The notes: generated by a model not told the origin, from the letters alone. Positions 28,461 to 38,420 are shown, numbered from the stretch's first letter. The stretch: DNA of 64,000 bases from an uncultured Verrucomicrobiae bacterium (GCA_963756875.1 CAVWPA010000003.1:960001-1024000), one strand, 5' to 3'. A program made the numbers and translations.

Positions 28461-30052
28461 AAGCGCCTCGTCCACGTCGTCCGAAGACAAAGAGAAAAAT
28501 TGGCGCCCGGAAAAATTTGCAGCGGTCGCGCGCTCTCGTTGTCCGCGAGGAAAAACCGCAGAATTATCGCGTGGCACTTCCGCCGGCCGCGAGGCGGCTT
28601 AGCTTCGGCGATCGATGGAGCTACGCGCCCGCACCGGAGGCGAGCGATTATATTAAGATCCGGCCGCGCTACCAGTTGTTCATTGGCGGAAAGTTTGTCG
28701 CGCCGCGCTCGGGTAAATATTTCGATTCCATCAATCCGGCGACCGAAGGAAAACTGGCCGAGATCGCCGAAGCGAACAGTCGCGATGTCGATCTGGCCGT
28801 GAAATCCGCGCGGCGCGCCTACCAGAATGTATGGGGCAAAATGCCGGGCCGTGAGCGGGGCAAATATCTTTATCGCATCGCGCGGTTGATCCAGGAGAAA
28901 TCGCGCGAGCTGGCCGTGCTGGAAACGATGGACGGCGGCAAGACCATCAAGGAATCGCGGGACATCGATCTTCCACTCGTCGCCGCGCACTTCTTCTATT
29001 ATGCGGGCTGGGCCGACAAGCTGGAGTATGCGTTCCCCGGCCGGTCGCCGCATCCGCTGGGCGTGGCCGGCCAGATTATTCCGTGGAATTTCCCGTTGCT
29101 CATGGCGGCGTGGAAGCTTGCGCCCGCGTTGGCCTGCGGAAACACCTGTGTTCTAAAACCCGCCGAGACGACCAGCATTACCGCAATGCATCTGGCGGAA
29201 ATTTTCCAGCAAGCCGAGTTGCCCGACGGCGTCGTCAACGTGATCACGGGCGCGGGCGCGACCGGCAAAGCGCTTGTCGATCACCCGAATATCGACAAGA
29301 TCGCGTTCACAGGATCGACCGAAGTCGGCAAACGCATCTTGAAATCGGTTGCCGGCACGAAGAAGAAACTCACGCTCGAACTCGGCGGCAAAGCGGCCAA
29401 CATTATCTTCGAGGACGCACCGATCGATCAGGCAGTCGAAGGCATCATCTCAGGCATCTATTTCAATCAAGGCCACGTTTGCTGTGCCGGCTCGCGTTTG
29501 TTCGTGCAGGAAGGAATTTTCGCTCCGGTCATTCGAAAACTGCGGGACCGTATCGCGACGCTGCGCGTCGGCAATCCACTCGACAAGAACAGCGACATCG
29601 GTGCGATCAATTCACGGATGCAACTCGACAAGATTTGCGAGCTCGTGGACAGCGGCTTGAAACAAGGCGCGAAACTTTACCAGCCCCGGGCGCTGTCGAC
29701 ATTGCCGTCGAAGGGTTACTGGTATCCGCCGAGCTTCTTCACCGGCGTCACGGCGTCGCACCGGATCGCGCAGGAAGAAATTTTCGGACCGGTCTTGAGC
29801 GTTATGACATTTCGCACACCCGAGGAAGCGATCGAGCGCGCAAACAATACGCCTTATGGATTAAGCGCCGGCGTTTGGACGGACAAAGGGAGCAAGATCT
29901 TCAAGATCGTGAACAAACTGCGTGCCGGCGTGGTGTGGGCCAACACTTACAACAAATTCGATCCGACCAGTCCCTTTGGCGGATATAAAGAGAGCGGCTT
30001 CGGCCGCGAAGGCGGATTGCACGGGTTGCTTCCCTATCTCAGGCTCAACTGA
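28457..30052 (+). CDS. Aldehyde dehydrogenase (deoC-coupled)
   Basis: IPWNFP, FTGSTEVG, LELGGK, GHVCCAGS, EEIFGPV. ATGA overlap with the deoC stop. Confidence 0.93.
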   Translation: MKAPRPRRPKTKRKIGARKNLQRSRALVVREEKPQNYRVALPPAARRLSFGDRWSYAPAPEASDYIKIRPRYQLFIGGKFVAPRSGKYFDSINPATEGKLAEIAEANSRDVDLAVKSARRAYQNVWGKMPGRERGKYLYRIARLIQEKSRELAVLETMDGGKTIKESRDIDLPLVAAHFFYYAGWADKLEYAFPGRSPHPLGVAGQIIPWNFPLLMAAWKLAPALACGNTCVLKPAETTSITAMHLAEIFQQAELPDGVVNVITGAGATGKALVDHPNIDKIAFTGSTEVGKRILKSVAGTKKKLTLELGGKAANIIFEDAPIDQAVEGIISGIYFNQGHVCCAGSRLFVQEGIFAPVIRKLRDRIATLRVGNPLDKNSDIGAINSRMQLDKICELVDSGLKQGAKLYQPRALSTLPSKGYWYPPSFFTGVTASHRIAQEEIFGPVLSVMTFRTPEEAIERANNTPYGLSAGVWTDKGSKIFKIVNKLRAGVVWANTYNKFDPTSPFGGYKESGFGREGGLHGLLPYLRLN

Positions 30053-30058
30053 GTCCGA

Positions 30059-31204
30059 TTAGCTGTCCGACGAGTCCGTGCCACTCTGGCCACCGGACCT
30101 GCTGTCAAAGTACAGCACCACAAACGCGATCCCGAGCAGCGGTCGAAGAATCCTTTGCAAAATTGCGAACCCAAAGCTGGAAAGCTGAAAGCCATGGACT
30201 TGGGAAGTGGCGTTGAGTTTTTGCAAAAGAGCCGGTAGGTCCTGCGGTGGTGTCTTGGAAAACTCATTAAAATAATGGCTCAGGGTCGACCACTCCGGGC
30301 CAAGCGTGATTGCCAGCACAATAACGGCCCAGATTGATGCAATTAATGCTCCGCGCCAGGACGGCCGTTGAAACCGCGGCAGACCGCGTCCACTGCGCGC
30401 GAGGTCCCTGCTTTCGCGCAATGAATCGACCACGCCCGCGCCTTCGATTACGGCAAATTGCTGCCAGAAGAGAACGTTGACGAAGAAACGACTAAACATC
30501 CACACTTGAACCCCCAGCAGCAGAAGCGCGAAAAGGATCAGGGGTATGGAAGAAGCGCTCACCACGCTTATCCCTGCGATAAAGAGGCCAAGCAGGGTCA
30601 GGAGCAAGAAGACGCCGTAGACGAAAACGCACAGCACCGCGACGCGCGGCCAAAATTTCACAGCTTCATTGAGCGCAGCCAGAAAACCCATCCGGCGTCC
30701 GGCGAGTGTTTCGGCGCTAAGAATTTGGATGGCCGCGATATAGATCGGCCACAGGACCATCGCGAGCACCAGCATGCAAAACGCGAACGCGCTCGCCAAA
30801 ACGCTGCGCAGGTCAACATCCACGTTCGGCGTTGTTTCGATCAATGTGCTGGCAAGCTGGCCGCACGCGGAAGGGAGAATCACGAGGAGCGCGAGGCAAA
30901 GAAACTGAAAGAATCTTTGTCGATAAATGCGAAACGTCTCGCCAAGAATTTGGAAGAGACTGCGCCGCTTCCAAGGTAACTCGAACGAATAAGCACTGGG
31001 ATGCGCAGGCTCGGACTGGATCGGCGGCGGTATTACCTCAAAGAGACCGGGAATGTCGGCTGCCGTGCTCCACTGATCGATGTTCGCCGGTCGCGCTTCA
31101 TTGGCCGGCAAGACGCGGCCTTCGGCTTTCCATTCGCGTAAAGTGGGCAGATCGGCCGGCCCGAAATCGCGCCCTTCCACTCGAATGATCCATTCCTCTA
31201 TCAT
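30059..31204 (-). CDS. GYF_2 (DUF4339) domain membrane protein
   Basis: N-terminal W...EGRDFGP...LREW..EGRV...W followed by several TM segments. Start is uncertain (31204 or 31219). Confidence 0.7.
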   Translation of the reverse strand: MIEEWIIRVEGRDFGPADLPTLREWKAEGRVLPANEARPANIDQWSTAADIPGLFEVIPPPIQSEPAHPSAYSFELPWKRRSLFQILGETFRIYRQRFFQFLCLALLVILPSACGQLASTLIETTPNVDVDLRSVLASAFAFCMLVLAMVLWPIYIAAIQILSAETLAGRRMGFLAALNEAVKFWPRVAVLCVFVYGVFLLLTLLGLFIAGISVVSASSIPLILFALLLLGVQVWMFSRFFVNVLFWQQFAVIEGAGVVDSLRESRDLARSGRGLPRFQRPSWRGALIASIWAVIVLAITLGPEWSTLSHYFNEFSKTPPQDLPALLQKLNATSQVHGFQLSSFGFAILQRILRPLLGIAFVVLYFDSRSGGQSGTDSSDS

Positions 31205-31301
31205 GTATGGATCGATCATCCTGCAATCAGTAGCCGGAATCCAGTGCTGGATTTTGGACCAACAGCTTTGAAATCGCGGCAATCCGGTTCATCCTGTCTT
31301 A

Positions 31302-32207
31302 ATGAAACTGCTTTTGATCGACGGCCATTATTATGTCTATCGATCGTTCTTTGCGATCCCGAATCTGTCGAACTCCAAAGGCGAGCCAACCAATGCGATT
31401 TTCGGATTCACGAAAACGCTGCGCCTCATGATCAAACATCTCCAGCCGGATCTCGGCGCCGTTTTATGGGATCAGGGCATGCCGCAGCGGCGCGTGGAGT
31501 TGCAGCCCGCCTATAAAGAGACGCGCAAAGAAATGCCGACGCCGATGGTCCCGCAGCTTGAGTTCATCCAGAAAACCCTGACGCGTCTGATTGGTTTTAA
31601 GAATATCGCGCTGCCGAACACGGAAGCGGACGATTTAATGGGCTGCTACGCGGTTGAGGCGTGCAAGCACAACATCGACGTGTTGCTTGCGACCAATGAC
31701 AAGGATTTATTCCAACTCGTTGGGCCTTGCGTTAAGGTTTATACGACCGCGAAGGCCGATCTTGCGTCCCCGAAGAACGCATTCGCTTTGCTCGGCCAGC
31801 CCGAGGTAACGACGAAATGGGGTGTTGCGCCGGAATTCATCGGCGATGTTCTGGCAATTAGCGGCGATCCGGTGGACAACATTCCCGGTGTGGGGATCGG
31901 CCGCAAAACGGCGGCGGCGTTGATCGCGGAATTTGGCGGCTTGGAGCCTTTGCTTGCCAATATCGACAAGGTGAAAAGTGAGAGGAACCGCGAAAAACTT
32001 ACCGCCGGCAGGGAGCAGATTCTGCAAAATCGTAAAATGGTTGCCCTCGATTGCCATCTGGACCTGCCCGTTCCCATCGACGATTTGCGGATCGAGCCGG
32101 ATTATCCCGCGCTGATCTCCGCTCTGGAAAAATGCGAGTTTAAGTCGCTTCTCCAGGAAGTGCGAGACGAAGCCGCGGCCAGATCGCAGCCTCAACTGGG
32201 CGTTTGA
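31302..32207 (+). CDS. Stand-alone 5'-3' exonuclease / flap endonuclease (Pol I N-terminal domain)
   Basis: LLLIDGH, YKETR, EADDLM, TNDKDLFQL, GDPVDNIPGVGIGRKTA. No polymerase domain follows. Confidence 0.92.
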   Translation: MKLLLIDGHYYVYRSFFAIPNLSNSKGEPTNAIFGFTKTLRLMIKHLQPDLGAVLWDQGMPQRRVELQPAYKETRKEMPTPMVPQLEFIQKTLTRLIGFKNIALPNTEADDLMGCYAVEACKHNIDVLLATNDKDLFQLVGPCVKVYTTAKADLASPKNAFALLGQPEVTTKWGVAPEFIGDVLAISGDPVDNIPGVGIGRKTAAALIAEFGGLEPLLANIDKVKSERNREKLTAGREQILQNRKMVALDCHLDLPVPIDDLRIEPDYPALISALEKCEFKSLLQEVRDEAAARSQPQLGV

Positions 32208-32219
32208 GCGGCGCCTTCC

Positions 32220-32401
32220 GGCGCGTGCCTTAATTAGCTCTCTCTCTGGGACTAACGTCGATACGAAAATTTCGCAAATAATTCGAACGTGCGCCACCCC
32301 CCGTTGTCAAACTCAACAGGTTAAGGCGATTCGGGTGGTGGCACGTTTCTGGTATTTGCTGTTTCTCCTCGGCGTGCGCCGCCCGAATCTTTTTTCTTTT
32401 T
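32220..32401 (+). promoter_or_regulatory. Candidate transcription attenuator (alternative antiterminator/terminator hairpins)
   Basis: 32325-32348 can pair with 32285-32308 or with 32373-32389, and the latter is followed by a T-tract. Confidence 0.5.
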
Positions 32402-32542
32402 GAGTCGCCTTCATAAAATAAGGCGTGCGCCTGGCTGTGGCGCTCGGAATGACATGCAATTCCTGGCTGGCGGCTGGCGATAGATCGAAACTACGGGGTT
32501 GCGACTCGCCCCCTGGAGGTGTTTTCATAGGCTCAAGACATT

Positions 32543-33883
32543 ATGGAAGGCGCCGGTAACTTGCTTGGAGTCCGAGGTTTCCTCATCGACACGCCGGACT
32601 TCGGCACGCTGAGGGGCCGGTCCAACGGTGCGCTAATCGTCGATAAGGGCCGAATTCTGGATGTCGGCGATTACGACGATCTTCGGCGAATTCACCAATC
32701 GGCGCAGGTCCAATGGATCGATCGCGGGCCGGTCGCCATTTTCCCGGGGTTGATCGATTGCCACACGCATTTGCCGCAGTATTCGGCGGTTGCGCGCGGT
32801 GAGAGCGAGCTGCTCCCCTGGTTGCGCCAACACATTTTTCCCGTGGAACGCGAGTTTACCGGACCAAAAGCGCGGGAAGAGGCGCCCCAGTTTTTTCATG
32901 AGCTGGCGCGCCATGGCACGACGACCTCCATGGTCTACGCCGCGATTTACGAAGACAGTTGCGAGGTTGGTTTTGAGGCCGCCCAAGCGAGCGGTTTGCG
33001 CGTGATTCTCGGTAAAATGATGATGGATGTTGCTTCGTACGGCCAGTTCCAGCCGAAAAAGATCCTTTCGGTTTCATTAACGGAGAGCGAGCGGCTTTGC
33101 CGAAAATGGCACGGCGCGGACAATGGCCGGTTGGAGTATGCGTTCAGCCCGCGTTTTGCGGTGACCTGCTCTGAAAGGCTCATGCGGGGGGCGGCGGAAC
33201 TGGCGACGCGGCTGGGAGCATACATCCAAACGCATCTCGCCGAAAACCGCGAGGAGATCGAAAAGGTGCACCATCTTTTTATGGGCGCGCGCGATTACAC
33301 CCACGTGTACGAGAAGTGCGGATTGCTGACGTCGAAGAGCATGCTCGGTCATTGTATTCATCTCAATCCGCGCGAAATCGCCGCGATCGCCGCCGCGCAC
33401 TCGAGCGTTGCCCATTGTCCGAGCTCGAATCTTTTCCTCGGCAGCGGCTTGATCAAACTGGATCAGTTATTGAAGGCAGGTATCGTTGTGGGACTCGGCT
33501 CCGACGTCGCGGCCGGACCGGAGCTGAACATGTGGCAGGTGATGCGCGCGGCAATCGAAGTGCAAAAAGCGCGCGCAGTGTATGAACCAAATCTGCGTCC
33601 GCTTCGGCCGGGAGAGGCGTTCTATCTTGCGACCCATGGCGGCGCGCGCGCGCTCGGCAAATCCTCCATTATTGGAACGCTGGATGCCGGTAAAGAGGCG
33701 GATTTTATCGTTGTCGATCTGGCGTCCCTTTTACCCTATCCCAAAAACCGCGACGCCGTCCGCGCGCTTTCTACAGAAGACGCGCTCGCTCTTTGCATTT
33801 ATCGAGGCACGCCGTATGCCAATCTGGAAACCTACGTTCGCGGTAAATGCGTTTACCAGGCGCCTGGGTTGTCCAATACATGA
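32543..33883 (+). CDS. guaD: Guanine deaminase
   Basis: PGLIDCHTHLPQ, SPRFAVTCS, QTHLAEN, HCPSSNLFLGSG, GLGSDVAAG. Confidence 0.92.
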   Translation: MEGAGNLLGVRGFLIDTPDFGTLRGRSNGALIVDKGRILDVGDYDDLRRIHQSAQVQWIDRGPVAIFPGLIDCHTHLPQYSAVARGESELLPWLRQHIFPVEREFTGPKAREEAPQFFHELARHGTTTSMVYAAIYEDSCEVGFEAAQASGLRVILGKMMMDVASYGQFQPKKILSVSLTESERLCRKWHGADNGRLEYAFSPRFAVTCSERLMRGAAELATRLGAYIQTHLAENREEIEKVHHLFMGARDYTHVYEKCGLLTSKSMLGHCIHLNPREIAAIAAAHSSVAHCPSSNLFLGSGLIKLDQLLKAGIVVGLGSDVAAGPELNMWQVMRAAIEVQKARAVYEPNLRPLRPGEAFYLATHGGARALGKSSIIGTLDAGKEADFIVVDLASLLPYPKNRDAVRALSTEDALALCIYRGTPYANLETYVRGKCVYQAPGLSNT

Positions 33884-34728
33884 GTAAAGATCGGGCCGAT
33901 CCAATCGATATCGCAATCCGGGAGGACATCGGCGAGGGCGACGTCACCACGGAGTTTTTTGTGCCGGCGAACGGGAACGCTCTGGGGCGCATCCTGGTCC
34001 ACGAGAAAGCGGTTGTGGCCGGAACGGAGACCGCTGTGGAAGTTTTTCGACGCATCGATCCGGAATTGAACATTCAAGTAATGGAAGCCGATGGTTCCAT
34101 GGTCAACTCCGGTGACGTGATTATCGAGATCCGCGGAAGAGCGCGTTCGATTCTGACGGCGGAGCGAGTTGCGTTGAATTTCTTGCAGCGGCTTTCCGGG
34201 ATTGCCACGATGACTCGAAAGTTCGTCGATGCGGCGGGGAACGATCGGGTCCGGATTCTCGATACCCGAAAAACAACGCCCGGTCTTCGCGCGTTGGAGA
34301 AGTCCGCTGTTCGCGCGGGCGGCGGTGCCAATCATCGCTTCGGTTTGTTCGATATGGTGCTGGTGAAGGATAATCACATCGCCTCGTGTCAGGGATTTGC
34401 GGCGTTTGCCGAAAGCGTTCGGAGACTTCGCCAGGAGCGTCCCGACCTCAGGATCGAAGTAGAAGCCGATCAGCTCGAACAAGTGCACGCTTTCCTTCAG
34501 ATCGACGGAATAGACACGATTCTGCTCGATAACATGGAGCCCGCCGAGATTCGCGAGGCTGTGGCGCTGGGGAAGAAGAAGGTCAAATTCGAGGCGAGCG
34601 GCGGGATAACGCTGAAAAATATCCATCAAATCGCGGCCACAGGCGTCGATGCCATCTCGATCGGTGCCCTCACTCATTCGCCGCGCGCGATCGATTTTTC
34701 ATTGGAATTGACGCCGCTGGCATCGTGA
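33880..34728 (+). CDS. nadC: Nicotinate-nucleotide diphosphorylase (carboxylating)
   Basis: EDIGEGDVTT, ERVALNFLQRLSGIAT, DTRKTTPGLR, KDNH, EASGGI. Confidence 0.96.
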   Translation: MSKDRADPIDIAIREDIGEGDVTTEFFVPANGNALGRILVHEKAVVAGTETAVEVFRRIDPELNIQVMEADGSMVNSGDVIIEIRGRARSILTAERVALNFLQRLSGIATMTRKFVDAAGNDRVRILDTRKTTPGLRALEKSAVRAGGGANHRFGLFDMVLVKDNHIASCQGFAAFAESVRRLRQERPDLRIEVEADQLEQVHAFLQIDGIDTILLDNMEPAEIREAVALGKKKVKFEASGGITLKNIHQIAATGVDAISIGALTHSPRAIDFSLELTPLAS

Positions 34729-35336
34729 AGTCGCTCGATCGGTTGAACGCCGATAAACTGCGTGCAGAGCTTGGCGAAGCCGTAATCGGTCGCCAGATTG
34801 TGGTGCTCGATAGGACCACATCGACGAATGATGTTGTTTTACAGATGGCGGGCGGCGAATCGAATGAAGGGCTGGCGGTCTTCGCCGAGCATCAAACTGC
34901 CGGCCGTGGCCAGCGCGGGAAAGAGTGGGAGTCGACCGCCGGTAAAGGACTTTGGTTTTCCGTTCTGTTGCAGCCGAAAATCGAGCTGGCCGAATCGGCC
35001 CGTCTGACTGCCTGGGCGGCGCAAAGCGTTGCACAGACAATTGCGGAACAACTTGCGCTGCGCGCTACGATCAAGCTGCCCAATGACATCTATATAGATC
35101 GAAAAAAAGTGGCGGGCGTGCTTGTGGAAATGCGCGCCCGGAAAAATGCGCCGCACCTCGCCATTCTCGGTGTCGGTATTAACGTCAATCAATCCGCAGA
35201 GGATTTTTCCGAGGAATTGCGTGAGCGTGCTACTTCCCTGGCAATGATTCTGGGCCGGCCCGTTTTTCGGCCCGAATTTGCCGTCGCGCTCTTGCGCAAA
35301 TTGGACCGGACTTACCGTGTTTTCCGCGGCTTGTAG
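34725..35336 (+). CDS. birA: Biotin-protein ligase, catalytic domain only
   Basis: STND, QTAGRGQRG, KLPND, KVAGVLVE, GVGINV. No HTH and no C-terminal domain. Confidence 0.88.
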   Translation: MKSLDRLNADKLRAELGEAVIGRQIVVLDRTTSTNDVVLQMAGGESNEGLAVFAEHQTAGRGQRGKEWESTAGKGLWFSVLLQPKIELAESARLTAWAAQSVAQTIAEQLALRATIKLPNDIYIDRKKVAGVLVEMRARKNAPHLAILGVGINVNQSAEDFSEELRERATSLAMILGRPVFRPEFAVALLRKLDRTYRVFRGL

Positions 35337-36364
35337 CTTTGCAAAGCACGCAGTTTTTCGAGTGCGCGTCCACTTTCGATCTGCTCACGCGCCAGTTTGA
35401 TTCCGTCCTTCAAATCATACGCCAGCCCGGCAACGACAAATCCCGCGCCGGCATTGGCAACGGCCATGTCCCGCTTCGCGTCAGTAATCTTCCCCGCGAG
35501 AATCCCTTCCAGGGTCGCCGCGCTTTCGTGCGCGTCGCCTCCCTGCAGTTCGGCAATGCCCGCGCGGGGGATGCCAAGCCAGTTCACATCCAGGACAGCC
35601 GACGTGATTTTGTTGTCAACCAGTTCGGCAATGGTGGTTGCTCCGCTGACGGAGATGTCGTCGATACCCGCGCCCTCTTCGCCGAGACCGTGCACGACCC
35701 AGGCACGCTCGCGTCCAAGCTGGCCCAATACTTCCGCGAAAACGGTCGTCAAATTTGGGGCGAATACACCGACGAGTTGCCGCGATGGCCGGGCCGGGTT
35801 CAAAAGAGGGCCCAGCAGATTGAAAATCGTGGGCGTGTTTTGTCGGGCGAGTCGGGCTCGCATTTCGGCCACGGCGCGGAAAGCCGGGTGATATTGTCTT
35901 GCGAAAACAAACCCGAGGCCATTCGTTTCCACGCATCTCTTCAGATCATCGGGCGACAAATCAATGGCCACGCCCAGTTCTTCGAGCACGTCCGCGCTGC
36001 CGCAACGCGAGGTCACCGCGCGATTGCCATGTTTGACCACGACCGCGCCGCCGGCCGCGAGAATAAACATGATCGTGGTAGAAACATTGAACAGATCCAG
36101 ACCGTCGCCGCCGGTCCCGCAAACGTCGATCATCGGCCCGGCGATTTTCTCCATGTCCAAAGCCGGATCGATCGCAAGGTCGATCAGTTGTCGGGCGAAT
36201 CCGGCGATTTCCTCCGCGCTCTCGCCTTTGTCATGCAGCGCGCCGAGAAATTGCGTCTTGGTCTCATCCGGGGCGGCGGATGAAAGAAGAAGTGTGACGG
36301 CGGAATGAATGTCATCGGACGAGAGGTCCATCCCGGCGCGCAATTTTTCGACGAGCCCGTTCAT
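35312..36364 (-). CDS. trpD: Anthranilate phosphoribosyltransferase
   Basis: DVCGTGGDG, FNVST, KHGNR, GSADVLE, FNLLGPLLNPA. Confidence 0.96.
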   Translation of the reverse strand: MNGLVEKLRAGMDLSSDDIHSAVTLLLSSAAPDETKTQFLGALHDKGESAEEIAGFARQLIDLAIDPALDMEKIAGPMIDVCGTGGDGLDLFNVSTTIMFILAAGGAVVVKHGNRAVTSRCGSADVLEELGVAIDLSPDDLKRCVETNGLGFVFARQYHPAFRAVAEMRARLARQNTPTIFNLLGPLLNPARPSRQLVGVFAPNLTTVFAEVLGQLGRERAWVVHGLGEEGAGIDDISVSGATTIAELVDNKITSAVLDVNWLGIPRAGIAELQGGDAHESAATLEGILAGKITDAKRDMAVANAGAGFVVAGLAYDLKDGIKLAREQIESGRALEKLRALQSYKPRKTR

Positions 36365-36373
36365 CGCGTGAAT

Positions 36374-36451
36374 AGTTAAAAAGTTAAATGAGTTACAAAG
36401 TTACAATGGTTCTGGTCCTGTTTAACCTTGCAACTCTGTAACCTTTTAACC
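36374..36451. repeat. AT-rich inverted arrays of ~8-mers (GTTA[A/C]A.. / ..T[G/T]TAAC)
   Basis: AGTTAAAAAGTTAAATGAGTTACAAAGTTACAA ... TTTAACCTTGCAACTCTGTAACCTTTTAACC. Confidence 0.65.
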
Positions 36452-37549
36452 TGATAACGTTGCCAGCCAATCCCGATAAACTCGCGGCGAGATTTCCGAA
36501 GGCTTGATCTCGCTGCGCCCTCCCCAGAAAACGTTTGTGTATGAAGTCGGGATGCCGCTCGCTTGAAGATGTCGGTCGATCGCCGCTTTGTGCGCAAGCA
36601 GCAGTTGTTTGTCGGTGCCGTGTGCCACGGCCATGATGTTGACATTCTTGAACTCCGGACCGGCTTCACGCCAGTAGCAATGGGTCAGAATGTGGTGGCG
36701 GCCGACTTCGCCGCCGGTTTCAATTTCGCGTCCCGCAGGCACCGCCCAATGGAACAGCGCGTTGAATCGCGTAACCCGCACGCCGCCAGCCGAAGGTTTC
36801 ACATGCTCGAGAAAAGTTGAGAAACGGCCAATGACCTTGCGTGAGGTCAACCCTTCCGCTACGCGGTAAAATTCGTCGAGAGAAACGCCAGCTTCCTTTG
36901 CGCGGATAGCCCACGGCGTCTGGCGAATTTCTTCCGGCGCAAATTCGCGTTTTAATGCGAGCAGGACGTTCCATTCCTCCTCGGTAAGCTCGGCGGCCTG
37001 CACCACAATCATTTTGGCCGGCACATCCGCTTTGCTTCCGGGCTCAATCGTTTTGCGGCGAACATGGCCGACGCCGAGCGTGAAAATTCCTTTTGCCGGC
37101 ATCAATCGAAATTTCTCCGCGCCCACTTTTTGAGCGAGCAATTCGCAGTGTCGCTGAAGCGAAAACCCGTGCGGTGCCTTTACGGTTGTCCAAAGTTTGT
37201 AGTCCGAACCGGCCGTGACGGTGTCGGTCGAGCGCAGGACGACGTGACCTGAGAATGGATCCTTCTGAAACATCCAGTCAAACGCGCTGTCGATCCGCTC
37301 TTCCGGAACCTTCCAGGCCACCAGCGCGCCGTCGGCCAGATTGGTTGCAAGCAGCGTCTGCCGCACACGCCGAATCGTCCCGGCGCGCAGCATCGCGCCG
37401 ATCCGCGCCATCACCACATCGATATCGACGCCGGAGCGGCTTGCGATTTCCTGGAATGGTTCGCGCACGAAGCCTTCGATTTTATCCTCGGAAATCGCCA
37501 GGATCTTTGCATTGGTGGGATCGTCGTGCTCGACTGGAAGCATATACAA
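36446..37549 (-). CDS. Tandem Lrp/AsnC-fold protein, fused siroheme decarboxylase AhbA/AhbB (NirDL-like)
   Basis: Two HTH+RAM halves with GALVAWKVP and HCYWR motifs. Confidence 0.7.
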   Translation of the reverse strand: MYMLPVEHDDPTNAKILAISEDKIEGFVREPFQEIASRSGVDIDVVMARIGAMLRAGTIRRVRQTLLATNLADGALVAWKVPEERIDSAFDWMFQKDPFSGHVVLRSTDTVTAGSDYKLWTTVKAPHGFSLQRHCELLAQKVGAEKFRLMPAKGIFTLGVGHVRRKTIEPGSKADVPAKMIVVQAAELTEEEWNVLLALKREFAPEEIRQTPWAIRAKEAGVSLDEFYRVAEGLTSRKVIGRFSTFLEHVKPSAGGVRVTRFNALFHWAVPAGREIETGGEVGRHHILTHCYWREAGPEFKNVNIMAVAHGTDKQLLLAHKAAIDRHLQASGIPTSYTNVFWGGRSEIKPSEISPRVYRDWLATLSG

Positions 37550-37622
37550 TTAATCCGCTGTTCGCGCTTGCTTGTCCAACGTCGGCATCCGCGGTCCGGA
37601 GAATTTACGAGGTTGCGCCCGT

Positions 37623-38291
37623 TCAGGTCGCGCAAAGGAAAATGGCAGTGAAATGGCAGGCCGTTCCCGCGAGCACAAAGAGATGCCAGACAAAGTGAGC
37701 ATAACGCAGGCGCCGGTTCGCGTAGAACAACACGCCCGCTGTGTACACTATGCCGCCGGACACAAGCCAGATTAGAGCGGAAACAGGAATGGCATTCGCC
37801 AAAGGCCGGATCGCGATCAGTGCCAGCCAGCCCATCCCAAGATATAGTGTCATCGATAGTTTCGGATGGCGCTCCGGTCCACGTGTCGCTTTCATGACCA
37901 CACCGAAAATCGCGCCCCCCCAGATCAGCGCGAACATGGTCGCACCCCAGACTCCGCGAAGCGGCCCCAACGCGAACGGAGTGTACGTACCGGCGATTAG
38001 CAAAAAAATCGCGGAATGGTCGAATGTCCGCAAAAGAGACTTGGCGCGGGTCTGCGGCCAGGCGTGGTAAAGCATCGACCCGAAATACAGCAGAATCATC
38101 GTGAGCGTGAAAACAACCGTCCCGATGAAAAACCCGGCACCGGTGCGATTCGACGCCGTTAAAAGAAGAATCGGCGTCCCGATCAACGCGCCGGCAAATC
38201 CGATTCCGTGACTGATGCTGTTCGCCAGCTCTTCGCGGGGCGATTGCATCCACTTCGGGGAGAGGCGCGATTCATGATCGGTAATGATCAT
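37623..38291 (-). CDS. Hemolysin III / PAQR family membrane protein
   Basis: EELANSISHG, SMLYH, DHSAIFLLIAGTYTP, HFVWHLFV. Confidence 0.92.
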   Translation of the reverse strand: MIITDHESRLSPKWMQSPREELANSISHGIGFAGALIGTPILLLTASNRTGAGFFIGTVVFTLTMILLYFGSMLYHAWPQTRAKSLLRTFDHSAIFLLIAGTYTPFALGPLRGVWGATMFALIWGGAIFGVVMKATRGPERHPKLSMTLYLGMGWLALIAIRPLANAIPVSALIWLVSGGIVYTAGVLFYANRRLRYAHFVWHLFVLAGTACHFTAIFLCAT

Positions 38292-38420
38292 CCCGTAACA
38301 GACAAAACCGATCAGCTGACTTTGCAAAGCAAAAATCGCGATGTCCCCAGATCCATTCCGGCATTCTTGCAACAGAGATTGCAATGAACGCCAAAACGAC
38401 TTTCCATCGAGTCAGCACGC

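Noticed and set aside
32250..32380. Integron attC site
   Set aside because: The right end reads GTG rather than GTT, and there is no integrase or cassette array.
32313..32528. Minus-strand basic small ORF or type I toxin
   Set aside because: It is not hydrophobic and has no recognisable family. G-U pairing favours a + strand RNA structure instead.
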